This document shows positions 38,951-53,082 of a stretch of 64,000 nt of DNA, piece after piece (position 1 is the stretch's first letter; each line of letters begins with the position of its first letter). A model generated the notes under the pieces. That model was not told the DNA's origin. It saw only the letters and a list, made by a program, of their open reading frames with translations, and searched no databases. The position numbers and the translations under genes were made by a program. This DNA is from Octopus vulgaris. Its lineage: Eukaryota. Location of the stretch: NCBI GenBank assembly GCA_951406725.2, contig OX597822.1:16678001-16742000 (forward strand). Direction: 5' to 3'.

Positions 38951-40562
38951 TGAGATATATATATAGAGAGAAAGACTTATAAGATATAAGAAAAGTATTT
39001 ATAATGCTTCTCTGAACTGAAGGATATTGGAAACAAGACTTCAAACAATACCTTTAGGGGAGACCACGAAACTCAATGTTTCTAGGATTCGGCTTATCAC
39101 TGCGCTAAAGTGTTCAGCTATTATTCAATAAAACTTCTTTCCCTGTCTCTCACGCAGACACACTCACACACTCTGTCTCCATCTATCTCGATCTCTCTCA
39201 CACGCACACACACACACTCTCTATCTCTCTCTATCTCCTTCCCTCCCCATCTCTCTCTTTTCCTCTCTCTCTCCCCCTCTCTCTTTCTCTCAGAAAGGAA
39301 GTGCACATTTTTTTAATACATTCAAATAGCAAAAGCTAACAAACAGCTAGTCTGCTTTTGTACCGACTGAATCTGGCTTTCAGGCAGAGAGAGGGAGGGA
39401 GAGAGAGGCAGAGAAACAGAGAGAGAGAGAGACAGACAGACACAGAGACTGAGAAACGGAGAAACAAAGAGAGAGAGAAATGTAGAAATGTCTTATATTG
39501 AATAATATGCATTTGATATCAAGCGCCTCTGTTCCACCTGATCGATATCGATGTGTGTACAAAAGACATCAAATTCCGTCTTTACATGGACACACGCAAA
39601 CACCTGTATCGTTTGAAATATACAAATAATCGATATTTTTTCCCATTTTTCCAAAATTACCTTCACTACACCATATTGATTCTTTTGTTGTGATTAGTAA
39701 GGTAATTCTTAAGGTAAAGCGAAATAACGATTACTGCTTCGAAACATTAAGAGTATCTATTATTATTTTTTTCTTGTTAGAAACCACAAAAGATATCTGT
39801 ATTAATAAAAAGGTGGGGTGGAATTGTCCATTTTGCTTGGATAATGTTAACTTTGGCTGTTATTTGTTGCTGCAATAATAATACAATGCTAACAGCTCTA
39901 ATGGTTTCGTTTGTCAAAATAATCGAAACTGCGAAGTAAATTTCTATCATCGCAGATAACATAGAAATCAAAAGAATTCCAACGTTTTAGGCTAGGACCA
40001 GAGACAGAATTTAAATAAGAGTCGGACTAAATTCTTTGCTTCTTGGTCACAGATAAAATGATGAGGTAGGTATATTTGGCAGTATTTTGCATGTTTGTCT
40101 ATGTGAGCTTTTCATTTCAAAAGATAAACACAAAACAAACAAAAAATTTAACCGAACACTAGCTTGGTATGGAGCCGCGGAAGTGTTCCGGAATAATGTG
40201 GCATGATGTATTCTGCAAACGAGATGAGGTGAAAAGTTAAATTACAGGCCATTTAACAAAATGGAAACGTTAATAGGTTCTCCTTTAACGAGTACAAAAT
40301 AGCAATTTGTCTTTGTCATCGGTGAGATTGAGATGAGTATCAGCGCAACACGATAGCATTGAAACATAAAATTAAGCCTGGCTTTTAATGCAACACTTCT
40401 ACATGACTCCCAAACGTTGGAATTAATCAGTCAGGTGTTAGAGCCGCAGATTAATGAAGATTATCTACAGAACCGATCTGAGATACAATGAGGACGAATA
40501 AATGTGGCAAACTGGCTACTGACAAACGAAACAACTTCGGGTTGTAATATTTATACCCAACA

Positions 40563-41443
40563 TATGGCGGTGCGCTGGCAGAACCATTACCGCGCCGGAC
40601 AAAATGCTGAGCGGCGTTTTGTTCTTTACGTTCAAATTCCGCCGAGGTCGACTTTGCCTTCTCCTCTCAGGATCGATGAAATAAGTCCCAGTTAATCCGA
40701 TGTAATCGGCTTAGCTCTGAACTTGCTGGCCTTTAAAGACAATATTGATATCACATTGAATTTACCTTTTAACTTGTGTCAATCGTTTGACTGCGACCAT
40801 GCTGGGGCACTGCCCTAAGAATTTAGACGAACAAATCGACGCCAGTATTTGTGGTACTTGATCTGTCGGTCCCTTTTGCCGAACCAAAAAGATTTATTGG
40901 GACATAAGCAAACCCAAACCGATTGAAAAGTGGTGCGGGGCGGGAACAAACACAAAAATATACACACACAATATATACGAATGGCTTCCATACAGTTTCC
41001 ATTTACCAATTTTTCTCACTGAGCATTGGTTGACTATAGTCGGCGATTGGAGCTATATTAGAAGACATTTGCCCAATGTGCCGCGCAGAAAGAGTCAACC
41101 GGAAGCCGCGTGGTTGCAAAGCGGGTTTCTTAACCACATCATCTGCATTTTGCATATATACAGCCGTTTTGTATTGACTCTATGAGGAATGTATACATAA
41201 GAGATCATTTTTAAATAATAATATAAGTGTACACGTGTGTGTGAGTACATGTGTGGTTGTGTATGTGTGCGTGTGTGTATCGGCGCAAGTATAGCTGAGT
41301 GGTTATAAACGTCGTTTCCCATTTCCGGGATTTCGAGTACAATCCCACGAAGCGAAACTTGAGGCAAGTGTTCTCTGCTACAGCCCCAGATGGAGCAATG
41401 TGTGTTAAGAGAATTTGGTAGACTAAAATTATGTAGAAGCTTG

Positions 41444-41470
<27 letters not shown>
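40563..41470. mobile_element. SINE cluster: A (+, 40563-40735), B (-, 40770-41140), B head (+, 41280-41470)
   Basis: Same diagnostic blocks as the well-preserved copies. Confidence 0.75.
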
Positions 41471-41477
<7 letters not shown>

Positions 41478-41687
41478 CTACGATAGCATCGAACAGTGAG
41501 AATGAGTGCTCAACACCGCATTTGGTAAATACACATTCTCTTTTACGAATTCTTATCCGAAATTAAGGCAAGTATAAGTGGATCGCTTGAAAACTGTAGA
41601 AATTATTACTACATGAAACCATTGGTAGCGTTGTTAATCCACGAAAAGTATATATATATGTGGGTGGGGTGTAGACACATATACATG

Positions 41688-41742
<55 letters not shown>

Positions 41743-41799
41743 CATACATACATACATACATGAATAATGGAATCAAACAACATTAATTCAAGGGCCTTT

Positions 41800-42700
41800 A
41801 CTTGTAGAGTTTCTTTCTTATCCATATTTTACAAAGAAATTTTGTGGCAGTGACTCCCAAGTTCCAGTTCGGTTACCATCGCGAAACTGTTTGACGAAAG
41901 CAACTAAGCCTGTACTTCGAAATCACGCTCATCTTTTTTCCTTGGAATTTAATCAAAGAGCATGTAGCCATAATTACATTGAAGTCGATGAGATCCAATT
42001 AGTTTGGAATCAAGAAACCCCTATCTGTCTAGGAACTTTGTGCATAAAATTTATTTTACAGAATACCTAAATATGGCCGCTCCTCTATACTCTCGCATTA
42101 ATATCTTATTGCAAAACCTATTGATTGTCTATGCAGCACGGTGAACACAACTAGCGAATTATTTTAAATATTTTTCAAATATTCCACTGTAAGTTTCTCT
42201 TATTTTCATTTGACTGTCATCATTCTATGAAGAGATTTTTATATATTCTTTAACCTTTCTAAACTACTTTCTGGCACATGTTCCATTAGATATAATTGCA
42301 TTACAAAAAAAAAGCATTCCATGAAAGCACTTATCTACGCTAATATCAGCATTACACTTTAAAGTGGCATTTTAAATACTCTGACCGAATCATTATACTT
42401 TCGAATTAACAGCGGCAGTTAAATATACATCTTCGTCTTTCTATAATGGACTTCAGAGCTGAAAACTGCGGCTATAAAACCGATGCTGTTTGAATATTAA
42501 GTATGAGAGTGTGATCTGTTGTGCAAAATTACTGCAGTTTCAATTACTTGTAATTATTCTCCCGAGTCTTGAATGTCTCAACATATCACCAAATATGATT
42601 AATGTAAGATGGAGGGATTAGGAGATGAAGGGATCATAGTAACACTGAATTACAACGACATCGATGTAGACTTCCGTTTCGTTAATCTTCATGCTAAATT
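41800..42700 (-). pseudogene. decayed hAT-type transposase relic
   Basis: Minus-strand motifs in hAT order: AIISNGT (compare ii.DgT), GAAIF.G (compare DGA..m.G, ~42075), SHRLQ (compare C.aHRLqL, ~41985). Many stops. Confidence 0.4.
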
Positions 42701-43669
42701 TAAACTATTTCTTCACACCAGGGGTTTTATTTTTTAATCATTAACCTTGTCAGAGTAGAAAAGTCAGGACCCATTTCTTGAGATGGAAAGTAAGTGAGAG
42801 GAAATGGCGAAGTTCAGGTACAAGGACCAATAGCTTTCATTTTTTGCAACAGAATAGAAACTGCTAAAGATATCTGAGCACCAGGTTGTGGTGTTAAAAC
42901 CCATATGTTTGTAGTTTTGTTCGACTCACCCAACTTTTATATTTATTCACAAAACACCATAGAAGGGTGAAGAAATAATATGGAAGCTTTAAAAAGATTG
43001 GTCCATAATGGTTTTCTAAGATAAGAAATGATTATTAAGATATGTTCAGGTTTATATAAATCCATATATTCGTTTCAATTCCTTCTATTTCATATTTTGT
43101 TCTTTGTGGCAGCTTAAGCTTTCTTTTTTTAGACTATACTTATTATTATAACAGAGTTAAGAAACGCGTTACCATGACAACGAATGTTATTTCTTCTTCA
43201 AGAATAAGTTTGAAAGCTGAATTAATGGAGGAGAGTTTCAACTAGATGAAATCTCCAATCTGTCTAAATGAGCAAGTTTTCGATATCCATGTAGTTAAAG
43301 TGTGTCAGCAGAAGGGCACCAGGAGTCATAATATGGATGTGGCCCGGCCCCTAAGAGTGTAGGAATTTAAAAGTCGAAACACTTGCCTGAGGGGAGCTTC
43401 CTCTCAGAAGACCTGCTGGTCAGCTTTCTTGTGTGTATAACCTCTTTTATATATTTATATATAAAGTTACTTTTGATAAATATACATGTATGTATCTATG
43501 TTCGAATAAGAGAGAGAGAGAGAGGGGGGGACGATGGGCGAGAGAGTGAGATTGAGTGAGAGAGAGGTGAGTTGGCAGAATTGTTAGGAAGTTGGAATAA
43601 AACCCCACGTTTACGTTTTGAGTTCAAATCTTACAGTGGACCTCTTTGCCTTTCACACTTCTTCGTGCC

Positions 43670-43900
43670 CACAGAGTATTCCTTTTTACCTTGAATTCTA
43701 AGTGAATGTATCTTCAGTCGCCGGTTTCGAACCCCAGCATACTCCGAGTACAATTTCACACCTAACTGCCCCGTTGCCAGGTGCTTTAGTAGAATGTCTC
43801 TGCACATGACTATTGTTGGAGTCTCAGCAGATCTTTTACTCTTCAAAGGATATCCGTTCAAATATCGCTGCTCCAGCAAGGGCTGGGGTCCCAGAAATTC
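43670..43900 (-). pseudogene. Gypsy-type integrase zinc-finger-region relic
   Basis: IVMCRDILLKHLATGQLGVK resembles ivvP..r..iLk.lH.gHlG.k. Short match. Confidence 0.35.
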
Positions 43901-44614
43901 ACCTCTGCGTCCTTCAGAACGGGTTTGTCTACATTACTATATCATGAGTAGAAACAGTGACTGCCGAACACTTTATGTTATCATTAGAAATGTTATCATT
44001 AGCCCGACTTGCCCCATTAGCCCGCCTTACCACCATTAGCTGGAGTTTTCCCATTAGCCTCGACCTTGGTTGCAATGATGACTCGTTATTATCCTCATAA
44101 CAAAGCAATCAAAATTAATGAATCCGAATTATTTCAATTTCAAATACTGTTCACATATAAACAAGTCGTGCATCCTAACTATTGTTTACTCATCCTTTTA
44201 TGACCTTCTCATCCCTCTGCTTTATTTTCCTTAATTTTTAATTATAATTAAGTCTAGAATGAAAATTAAACTTTTTACATTAATGGGTTTATAAATGAGC
44301 AAGGAATTTTAAAAAAGCCGGACATTTCGCGCCTTTCTCGATCTTTTAGAAATCACAGTCCACATTCCTTCCAATCATATATACTACCAACTGGAAAGAA
44401 ACGGAAAGCGCATTAGATAATGAAGTCTTAAAAGCTCATGAAAAGACGAGATGGTCATGGATGGAATTTCTTGAATCCTAGGTTTGCCCAAACGTCAATC
44501 TGTGTAATGCTTTCCCTGATCACGCAGAACAGACTGCAAGTCTTAAGAATTTTATAGTTTGAGTAGAATTCCGTAACTAATGGTTAAAATCTACTCATAG
44601 CTGTCATATAATAA

Positions 44615-44682
<68 letters not shown>

Positions 44683-46068
44683 AAAATGATGATGATGATG
44701 ATGATGATGATGACAACGACGACGATGATATTAATAATGATAATATTAAAAATAATATTGATGATGATGATGATTATGATGATGATGATGACGACGATGA
44801 TTATAGTAAAATTTCAGTTTATTAGTTTTATTCCGTTTCTATTTACAACTAAAGTGAATATGCTTCATTTTACAATAATTTTTAATTTAACAATCAATTA
44901 AATTATATGATGCGAAAATTAAATAAAATGTATTTAAGAAAGAAAAATGAGTAAATAGATGAATAGCGAAAATAAACGAAAATATAGAAAAATCTGCGGC
45001 AATTTACTCTTGGATTTAAAAATATATTAAATTCTTGGTGCTGTTTATTCCTGCTGTATATGTAAACTTTTGTTGCAGAAATGATATGCTTTTTTCTTTG
45101 TATAATTCTCAACTGTATTTATCTCAGCTTGTTTATGTTGGGTCGATTTATTGAAAATCACTTACAAGGCGTGTTTTCGTTTGTTTTATTTTACTTATTG
45201 GTTTTTAGGATTTTATTAGTTCAAGTCATATAATTTTTATGGTCGTTAAATTAAAAATGGCAGTAAAACTTAAATAATAAAATACATTTGTGTTCAAAGT
45301 ACATTCATTAATAAATAATATTGTTAAATTGCAATAAATTATGAGTGTCATAAAATTCTGAAACAAGACTTGAACTCTGTTTATCAAAATAATTATTTAA
45401 CAGCCACGAGATCGTCGCAGATAACGTCGGCCTCACTCTGGAAACATTGTTTTAAAGAATAAATATATTTAATATACAGAACGTGGAAAGTCGCCAGAAT
45501 TGATAAGATATTGATGGTTTGTTTCAGCAAGAATTTGATTAGATGTTTTAAAAAGCACAAATATTTGAAGAAGTTAATATATTATTTGTGGCATGCGATG
45601 AATAAAAGACTAAAGCTTATGTTATGATCCTCCGTCAGAGGACAAATTAAAAGATGACTGCAGAGTGTTGAGGAACGTGGAGCAGGGACAGAAACGGCGA
45701 AAAATAGTGCCAGAAAGTTGGGTTCACATCAAAAGAATCTGCTGGTGTCGGGGCCTTATGCGGCGATATCTGTTTCCAAGAAACTGTTTACGAACACACA
45801 CGTACACACTCACACGCGCACACACACATACTTACACATACACACACACGTGTATATATAATATATGTATGTGTGTGTATATATGTATGTGTGTGTATAT
45901 ATGTATAGTTTTAGAATATATGTCTATGCATGTACAAATATATGTGTATATGTATGAATATTCACATGCATGCATACATTCACACACACACACACATATA
46001 TATATATACATTCAAATACATGTGCATATGTGTATATGCAAATACACGTACAAATAGGCACACGCACG

Positions 46069-46106
<38 letters not shown>

Positions 46107-46121
46107 CATACATACATCTAT

Positions 46122-47640
46122 CCATCGTCTCCGCCTGTAACTGCCCCACGGAGCTCATCTCTAAATACCTCGACCGTGTCCTTGCCCCCCTAGTGGCATC
46201 TCTTCCCTCCCACATCCACGATACCAACCATGCTCTCCGGCTTTTCAACTCTTTCTCCTTTCCTCCCGGCTCCTCCAAAATCCTTTTTACTATGGACATC
46301 CAAAGCCTCTATACTGTTATCCCTCACCACGAAGGACTGCAGGCCCTTCGACACTTTCTTGACCTCCGCTCCAACCCTGTACCTGACACCTCCACACTCA
46401 TTCGTCTGGCCGAACTTGTCCTTACTCTGAACTGCTTCTCGTTCGCGGGCGAGTTCTACCATCAGGTCTCGGGAGTGGCCATGGGAACGCGAATGGGCCC
46501 CAACTACGCGAACCTGTTCGTTGGCTATGTTGAGGCCCAAATATTCTCTAATTTCACTGGTCCCACTCCTGAACTATATGGTCGTCACATTGACGACATT
46601 ATCGGTGCCACCTCACTCTCCCGTGAACATCTAGATTCCTTCCTCTCTTTCGTCCAATCTTTCCATCCAGCCCTCCACTTCACTTCCACTATCTCCAACA
46701 CCTCTGTCTCCTTCCTCGACATTTCGGTTAGCATTCTTCACTCCACTCTTACCACCTCCATTCACTACAAACACACAGACTCACACTCATACCTCAACTT
46801 CTCTTCCTCCCACCCAGAACACACCAAGCTTTCCATCCCCTATTCCCAATTCCTCCGTCTACGTAGGCTCTGTAGTGACGACCATGACTTTGAGACTCAG
46901 TCTCAACGTATGGCTCACCACTTCACCCTACGTGGATACCCCCTCACCACTATCCACACCGCCCTTGCCAGAGCACGGTCCGTGGACCGTGTATCTGCTC
47001 TCTCTCCCCGAACCCGCCCTGTAGTCTCCCGCCTCCCTTTTCCCCTCACTTACCACCCCACGACCCTACGTCTCCAACGCACCATTCTTCGAGCTTTCCG
47101 TCATCTCCAGTCCGACCCGTCCACTTCACACCTCTTCCCTAACCGACCTCCCCTCTTTCAAACGAGCCCACAACCTTCGAGACCTTTTGGTCCATAGATC
47201 CTTCCCTGACCCTACCTCCCAACCCGGCTCGTTCCCCTGCTCCCGCCCACGTTGCCGCACTTGCCCTTACCTCTCCAACACCACCCTCCTCACTAGCACC
47301 CACCATCGACCCTATCCCATCATCCACTCCTTCACCTGCACCTCCAGCAATATTATCTATTGCGTCTCTTGCTCTCTCTGCCATTCCTTGTACATCGGAC
47401 AAACGGGACGCCGCTTGGCTGACCGGTTCGCGGAACACCTTCGTGACATCCACCTTGCGAACGACACACCGGTCTCACGCCATTTCCGCTCCACCGGTCA
47501 CTCCTTGCAACATCTATCTGTGTTCGGTTTGTCCTTACACAGAGGCCATCCGGATTCCCGTTTGCGCCGTGAACAGGAATTAATCTTCTCTCTTCGCTCT
47601 TATACGCCATTTGGTCTCAACTCTCCCCCTCCTCATCTGA
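46122..47640 (+). pseudogene. PLE reverse transcriptase + GIY-YIG endonuclease, one frameshift near 47150
   Basis: IVSACNCPTELIS, MDIQSLYT, GVAMGTRMGPNYANLF, YGRHIDD, FLDI, IPYSQFLRLRRLCS; after the shift FKRAHNLRDLLV, CSRPRCRTC, NIIYC..C..C..LYIGQTGR..RF.EH, RE..LI..L...P.GLN. Confidence 0.93.
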
Positions 47641-47960
47641 CCCCCCTCTCCCCCTCCTCACCTATCCTTCCCCCCCGACCCCTACTTCTTCAGTCCTTCA
47701 TCCTTTCACCCCTACTCCCCTTCCCTTCTTCCCTCTTTCTCCCTCCCTCCTTCCCTCTTCCCCTTCCCTCTGCTCCCTCACTCCCCTTCTCTCTCCCCTC
47801 TCCCTCTTTCCTCCTTCCTCCTCCCCTCCTCCTCCCCTTCCTTCTCCCCCTCATCTATCCCCCCTCTCCCCCTCCTCTCCTCTTCCCCCTCTCCTCCCCC
47901 TCTTCTCCTCTCTCCACACTACACCACACGACTTTACACATCACATCATATATGATGTGC

Positions 47961-48312
47961 CATACTAATACATACACCAACTAATACATACTAATACGTA
48001 CTAATACATACTAATACATACTAATACATACACCAACCCTATACATACACCCGTCCAGACGTCTCATACGCACTTATACTCTCTCACACACACACACACA
48101 CTTATACATACTAATACGTACTAATACATACTAATACATACTAATACATACACCAACCCCATACATACGCACGTCCAGACCTTTCATACGCACTAATACT
48201 CTCTCATATACACACACACACACACACACACACCCTTATACATACTAATACATACTAATACATACACCAACCCTATACATACACACGTCCAGACCTCTCC
48301 TACGCACTAATA
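47961..48312 (+). repeat. hierarchical tandem repeat: 10-bp CATACTAATA units inside three ~115-120-bp units
   Basis: caccaaccc..cgtccagac recurs near 48051, 48171 and 48285. Confidence 0.85.
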
Positions 48313-48468
48313 GCTGGTCATTCAACCCTATTATCTCCCCTTATTTCGCTCTCGCGTCTCATGTTTGATCTTTGACCTCTGGCCGAAATCAGATCGCCAT
48401 GTTGATTCGTTAGTTACTGCACGCATTTTTTTTCTCTCCTTCTTTCTGTGTTTTTTTCTCTCTGTGTA

Positions 48469-48506
48469 TCTTTCTGTTGAAGAGCGTAGGCTCGAAACGT
48501 TAAAGA
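48469..48506 (+). ncRNA. minimal hammerhead of the PLE terminal repeat, variant core CUGUUGA
   Basis: UCUUU-CUGUUGA-a-GAGC guag GCUC-GAAAC-GUU-AAAGA. Confidence 0.8.
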
Positions 48507-48603
48507 CTTGTTTTATTTATATTTCCTGAGCGCCATACTAATACAATTGTTTGTTTGTTTTCCACCTGCCTTCGTCTTTTATCTATTTTCATAAAGCTTC
48601 CCG

Positions 48604-48656
<53 letters not shown>

Positions 48657-48724
48657 CAGACAGACATACATGGACATACGTACATGCATACATAAGCGTG
48701 TGTGTGTGTGTGCTATCGCTTATG

Positions 48725-48870
48725 CCAGTGGGTTGGCAGAGTCGTTAGAGCGTCTGACAGTAAATGTCTGGCATTAATTGTTCCCGTTCTTTACGTTCTG
48801 AATTCGAATCCCGTTGCAATCGTTTGATTGCAACGGGATTCGATAAATAAAGTACTGGGGTACTGCCTTC
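48725..48870 (+). mobile_element. SINE family A copy with an internal perfect hairpin
   Basis: Head and tail match family A; the centre is replaced by an 18-bp inverted repeat at 48804-48843. Confidence 0.7.
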
Positions 48871-50399
48871 TTTTTCCTCCACTTTGTCAGAATCCGCTAT
48901 TTTATACTTTGAGAGGTGGAAGTACAAACCTTGGTCCAGCAATTTCAGAGGAATTAAACTAAGAGAAGAAGCCTCTTCTCGTCTGATACAGCAAAGTCCT
49001 CGAAAGAAACGAATGGGTATGAGGAGAGCAGATAGAGAAATTATGCAGTAAGGCAAAAATAAAAAAAATTTAGAGACAATTTACTGACTCCAGCTTCCAG
49101 ACATCATAATAAATGTTTGGCTGTTTTACCAAATGTGACTGTTTTAAAAAAGTTAGGGCCGGAATTTTGATTAATATCATATGAAAATTTCACAATGGAT
49201 GTGCATTTTCCAGCGACAAAATTGTTGCTCATTCCTTTGTTAGTCCCGTCGAGCATAGTTAAGATCATTCTAGCAAAAACAAATCATGGTGATGCGTCTG
49301 GGACTACATTATTCAACATCTCCATCTTTTTATATGAAAGTAAGATATGATTTGAGGGAGATGTGTCTGACATTTAGGTTACTATGTAGCATCCACTTCA
49401 TCAGATCCGGCGAGGGCTCTGCAACGGCCGAACGTTTCTGTCTTACATTTTTAGTTAGAGCAACACGGTCGCTTCAAAGCTGCCTGATTTGTCCATTAAC
49501 GTAAGGGAGTTCTGTGCAGCTATTAAATTAGCCTCTTATTCTCTGGTTTGAGTACACCTGACCTTGAAATAGGAAATTTGCAACAACAAAAAAAGAAACG
49601 GGAAAAGGAACTTCACAAGGGTTTCGAAAGCATATTTTCTGGGGTGGCGTTCCAGTTAAGTGATGAGTTTGCAAATGACATGGTTGCTAAGCAACGTCAT
49701 ATCTTTGCTACCGAATCTCTAGCGAAAGTCGATGAAAGGCGAATATGTAAACAAAACCAAAACATCCTAAATCGATTTTTAACCAACAATCTTTTTCTTG
49801 TCATCATGTAAGGGGATTATGAAAGCTTTTATAGTATTAAAGGGCATTATTTTAATATTTTAACATTGTTTTCGTGCGATTAAAGTGTATTATTCTTGGT
49901 TGGAATTAAATTTTACCTTTATAATTTCCTCTTTTTTTAAAAAAATTGTAGCAATCCCATCTAAAGTAAATTAGGTGTTTAAAGCAAATTTCGATGATGA
50001 AAAGAGAAATTGTTTTGAAATTACGAAAAAATAAAAAGAATTAATTTGTTACGTTAATCTAACATTGTTTAAATTTAATACAAATACCTTTTTTAAACAT
50101 TTTCATTTTTTTTTTTTTTCTTCCAATTTTGATGGCATCGGAAATTGCTTTTTATTTCCATTCTCCTTAATGTGAAGTAAATGCCTAACAAATCTTTTTC
50201 TGGGTATAAACTTAATCTGCATTCCTTCTTATTAATTTCTTTATACGCTAAAGACATCGCGGAGAGTGATGCCTTTATGGCGGTTCCTTGGATTGGTTTT
50301 TCAACCACGTAGGAAGATTTGAACTTAACAATGCAAAAGAACAAAACACTTTCTCGTGCTTTGGATCCCCCACAGTTCCTGCTGAATACTAGACACAAA

Positions 50400-50700
50400 A
50401 ACATGGCACTGCTAGTTGCTTCGAGCCTACTGGGCCACTAAGCCGGAGCTTAAACAAACCCCGCAGTGTTAAACGACCAAGGGTACAAGTCCCTCCATAT
50501 GAATGGATCACCAATCCTCTGTAGGGTTAACCACTTCCAGCTGCCGCTGATCCACATTTTTTAGCCCAGCTGACTTGAGCAACATGAACTGAAATGCCTT
50601 AGCCAAGGACACAACACCTCGCCCGTTTCGAGAATCGAAACCGACAATCTAACGAACGTGATGCAAACACTCTAACAATTAGACCACGCGCATGATATCG
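50400..50700 (-). mobile_element. SINE family C (tRNA-derived), decayed
   Basis: Minus strand: gcgtggtctaattgttagagtg..tttcgattctcg..gttgtgtccttggctaaggcattt; related to 63348-63600. Confidence 0.65.
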
Positions 50701-51308
50701 CATGGTATACACATATTCCGTTATAAACCATAAAAAAAAGATGAGTGCATATAAAGCATCATTAATTTATTTAATTGAATTAATTATCAAAATCACATCA
50801 TTTATGCAAATCAGTGTACCTTATTCGGTCCTTTGTAATAGGGGCTACAGATGCAAGTTTCGCCGTTGGCAGTTAAAAGGAAAGTCATCAGTTGGTTATA
50901 AAATATTAATGGCTATTAAAACCATAACCAAACCGATCCCTTTTTATTCGGACCACGAGGCAATTGTATGTAGAACAGTCATTTACGATTGTTAATGACT
51001 TCGTACATTCAGTACCAACTATAGATTTATTTTTAGTATAGCCTTCTATACTGTGTGAAGACTGACATGTCAGAGAATAGACCCACCGTTTCCTTTGCGT
51101 GTCGTAAAAGACGACTAAAAGAGATTAAGGTAGGATTTGCATTCCGACTTCGTTAAGCCCTCACCAGCATCCATTACCCAAACAGACCCGTGGGTTGTAT
51201 CCTGAGTGGTGCAAAGGTGTCACCCGCCAAGTGTAGGGAATTACCATAGAAACAGTAGATGCAGCGATGTGTTGTTACAGCGCATTCCCCCATATTACTA
51301 CTACTACA

Positions 51309-51354
<46 letters not shown>

Positions 51355-51538
51355 GTCTATATACTGCTTGAGGATCCATTTAACATCTCAGCAGCTTCCC
51401 AAAACAATGAACGATGGTCCCTTCCACAGGTATCACGACATGGTTAAACATTATTCCAAAAAGGAAACCCTCTCTATTCTCATGACTGTAGAGAAGTTCT
51501 AATCACTGCAACACCAGTGGCTGTGTCCATTTTATATA

Positions 51539-51770
51539 TATTTCTTTATTGCCCACAAAGGGCTAAACACAGAGGGGACAAACAAGGACAGACAGAGAGA
51601 TTAAGTCGATTACATCGACCACAGTGCGTAACTGGTACTTATATAATCAACCCCGAAAGGATGAAAGGCAAAGTTGACCTCGGCGGAATTTGAACTCAGA
51701 ACGTAACGGCAGACGAAATACCGCTAAGCATTTCGCCCGGTGTGCTAACGTTTCTGCCAGCTCGCCGCTT
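51539..51770 (-). mobile_element. SINE family A, well-preserved, with probable target-site duplication
   Basis: Near-identical to 34103-34319; flanked by ccattttatata and ccaattttatata. Confidence 0.9.
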
Positions 51771-52607
51771 TGCCAATTTTATATAACCCCCAGACTATCA
51801 GCTGAGAGTGCATCTTGTTAAGACGCTAAAGTTCCTGAAGCATACCGTACCAGCGGCACATTGCCCAGACAGTCTTTTTCTCGGGTAATTGTAGGCACGC
51901 TGGGTTTGCCCTGGAAATAACACACAAAAAAGGGTCATGCTATAATGATTGCCAAATGCTGTGAGCTAACATTTGACAGTGCAATGCAGAAGCCGAGACT
52001 AGCAGAGCATTGCAAAGCAATTGATATTGGCTGTGAAGTAGGGTGATCTCTTTGCAAAGCTCCGATTAGGCTTGAAATCACTTGGTGAACGAAAAGAGGA
52101 GCCATACTTTCCATTAGCGAAAAAGTAGAGAAAGCGATTCGACGGATTTGGACAAAGAGACCGAAGCGATCCTCTTAACTGCATAACCATGCCTACACAC
52201 AAGATATAAATTCTGTTATATATGAAGAGCAGAAATAACAGGACGTCTAAAACAATAATAGGTTTACAACAAAACTGAAAACAATAAAGAATACAAGCTA
52301 CCGTTCGTCGAATTTACAGAAAATTATTTTTGATAATTCAAATTAATGATGATTTATTTTAGAAGCAGTTATTATTTATTAACTTTCGAGCAAGTCTCGT
52401 GCTGTTCCCTCCTCTGAGTAATATCGTATTACATTATTAAAATGTGAACTCTGTAATGGAGTCTATATTTTAATTTATTCGGTATTCCTCGGTGAAATCA
52501 CTAAAACACAATGTCTCGATCTGGATATCTTTAGATCGAGACATAGATAGGCATACAGATGTATATAAATATACATTGTGTGCCTATACACACACGTGTA
52601 CGCACAC

Positions 52608-52661
<54 letters not shown>

Positions 52662-53082
52662 TCTTTACAGTGCGTATGTCTGTGTGTTTGAGTTGAATGT
52701 ACAATAATACTATATCCTATATATATATATATATATATATATGATAATTTAGATAATGCATATTGCAATACAATTGCACACATATTTTTACATACAGAAT
52801 TAATAGCTAGATAGAGAGAAACAGACAGACAGAGAAACAGACAGAGACAGAGTGACAGAGAGAGAGAGAGAGAAACAGAAAGGAGAGAGATATAGAAACC
52901 AGTGCTTATGTTAGTGCTTAGCTCTTAGTTAGCTCGAATGACGTACTTTTCTGAGCTTCTTTTCTACGTCGGTGAGTTATGAGGCTCAACGTGTTTCGTT
53001 TCAGAATATAAATAAGAAGAAACTTATTGACCTATAGCTGTTATAAAAACCCTCAACGGTATTTAATAAAGATGGCGTAATT

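Larger units (their letters stand above)
46122..48605 (+). mobile_element. 5'-truncated Penelope-like element (Neptune-type), flanked by (TA)n
   Basis: RT and GIY-YIG ORFs, C/T-rich spacer, tandem repeats, and a hammerhead-bearing terminal repeat at ~48310-48605; (TA)n on both sides. Confidence 0.93.

Noticed and set aside
39991-40065. 75-nt AG..GT candidate exon
   Set aside because: Stop codons in all three frames.
43340-43420. gtcGAAAC plus a nearby hairpin as a hammerhead
   Set aside because: No CUGANGA upstream and no stem II.
47961-48312. CRISPR-like repeat array
   Set aside because: Tandem units have no unique spacers, and the context is a eukaryotic retroelement.
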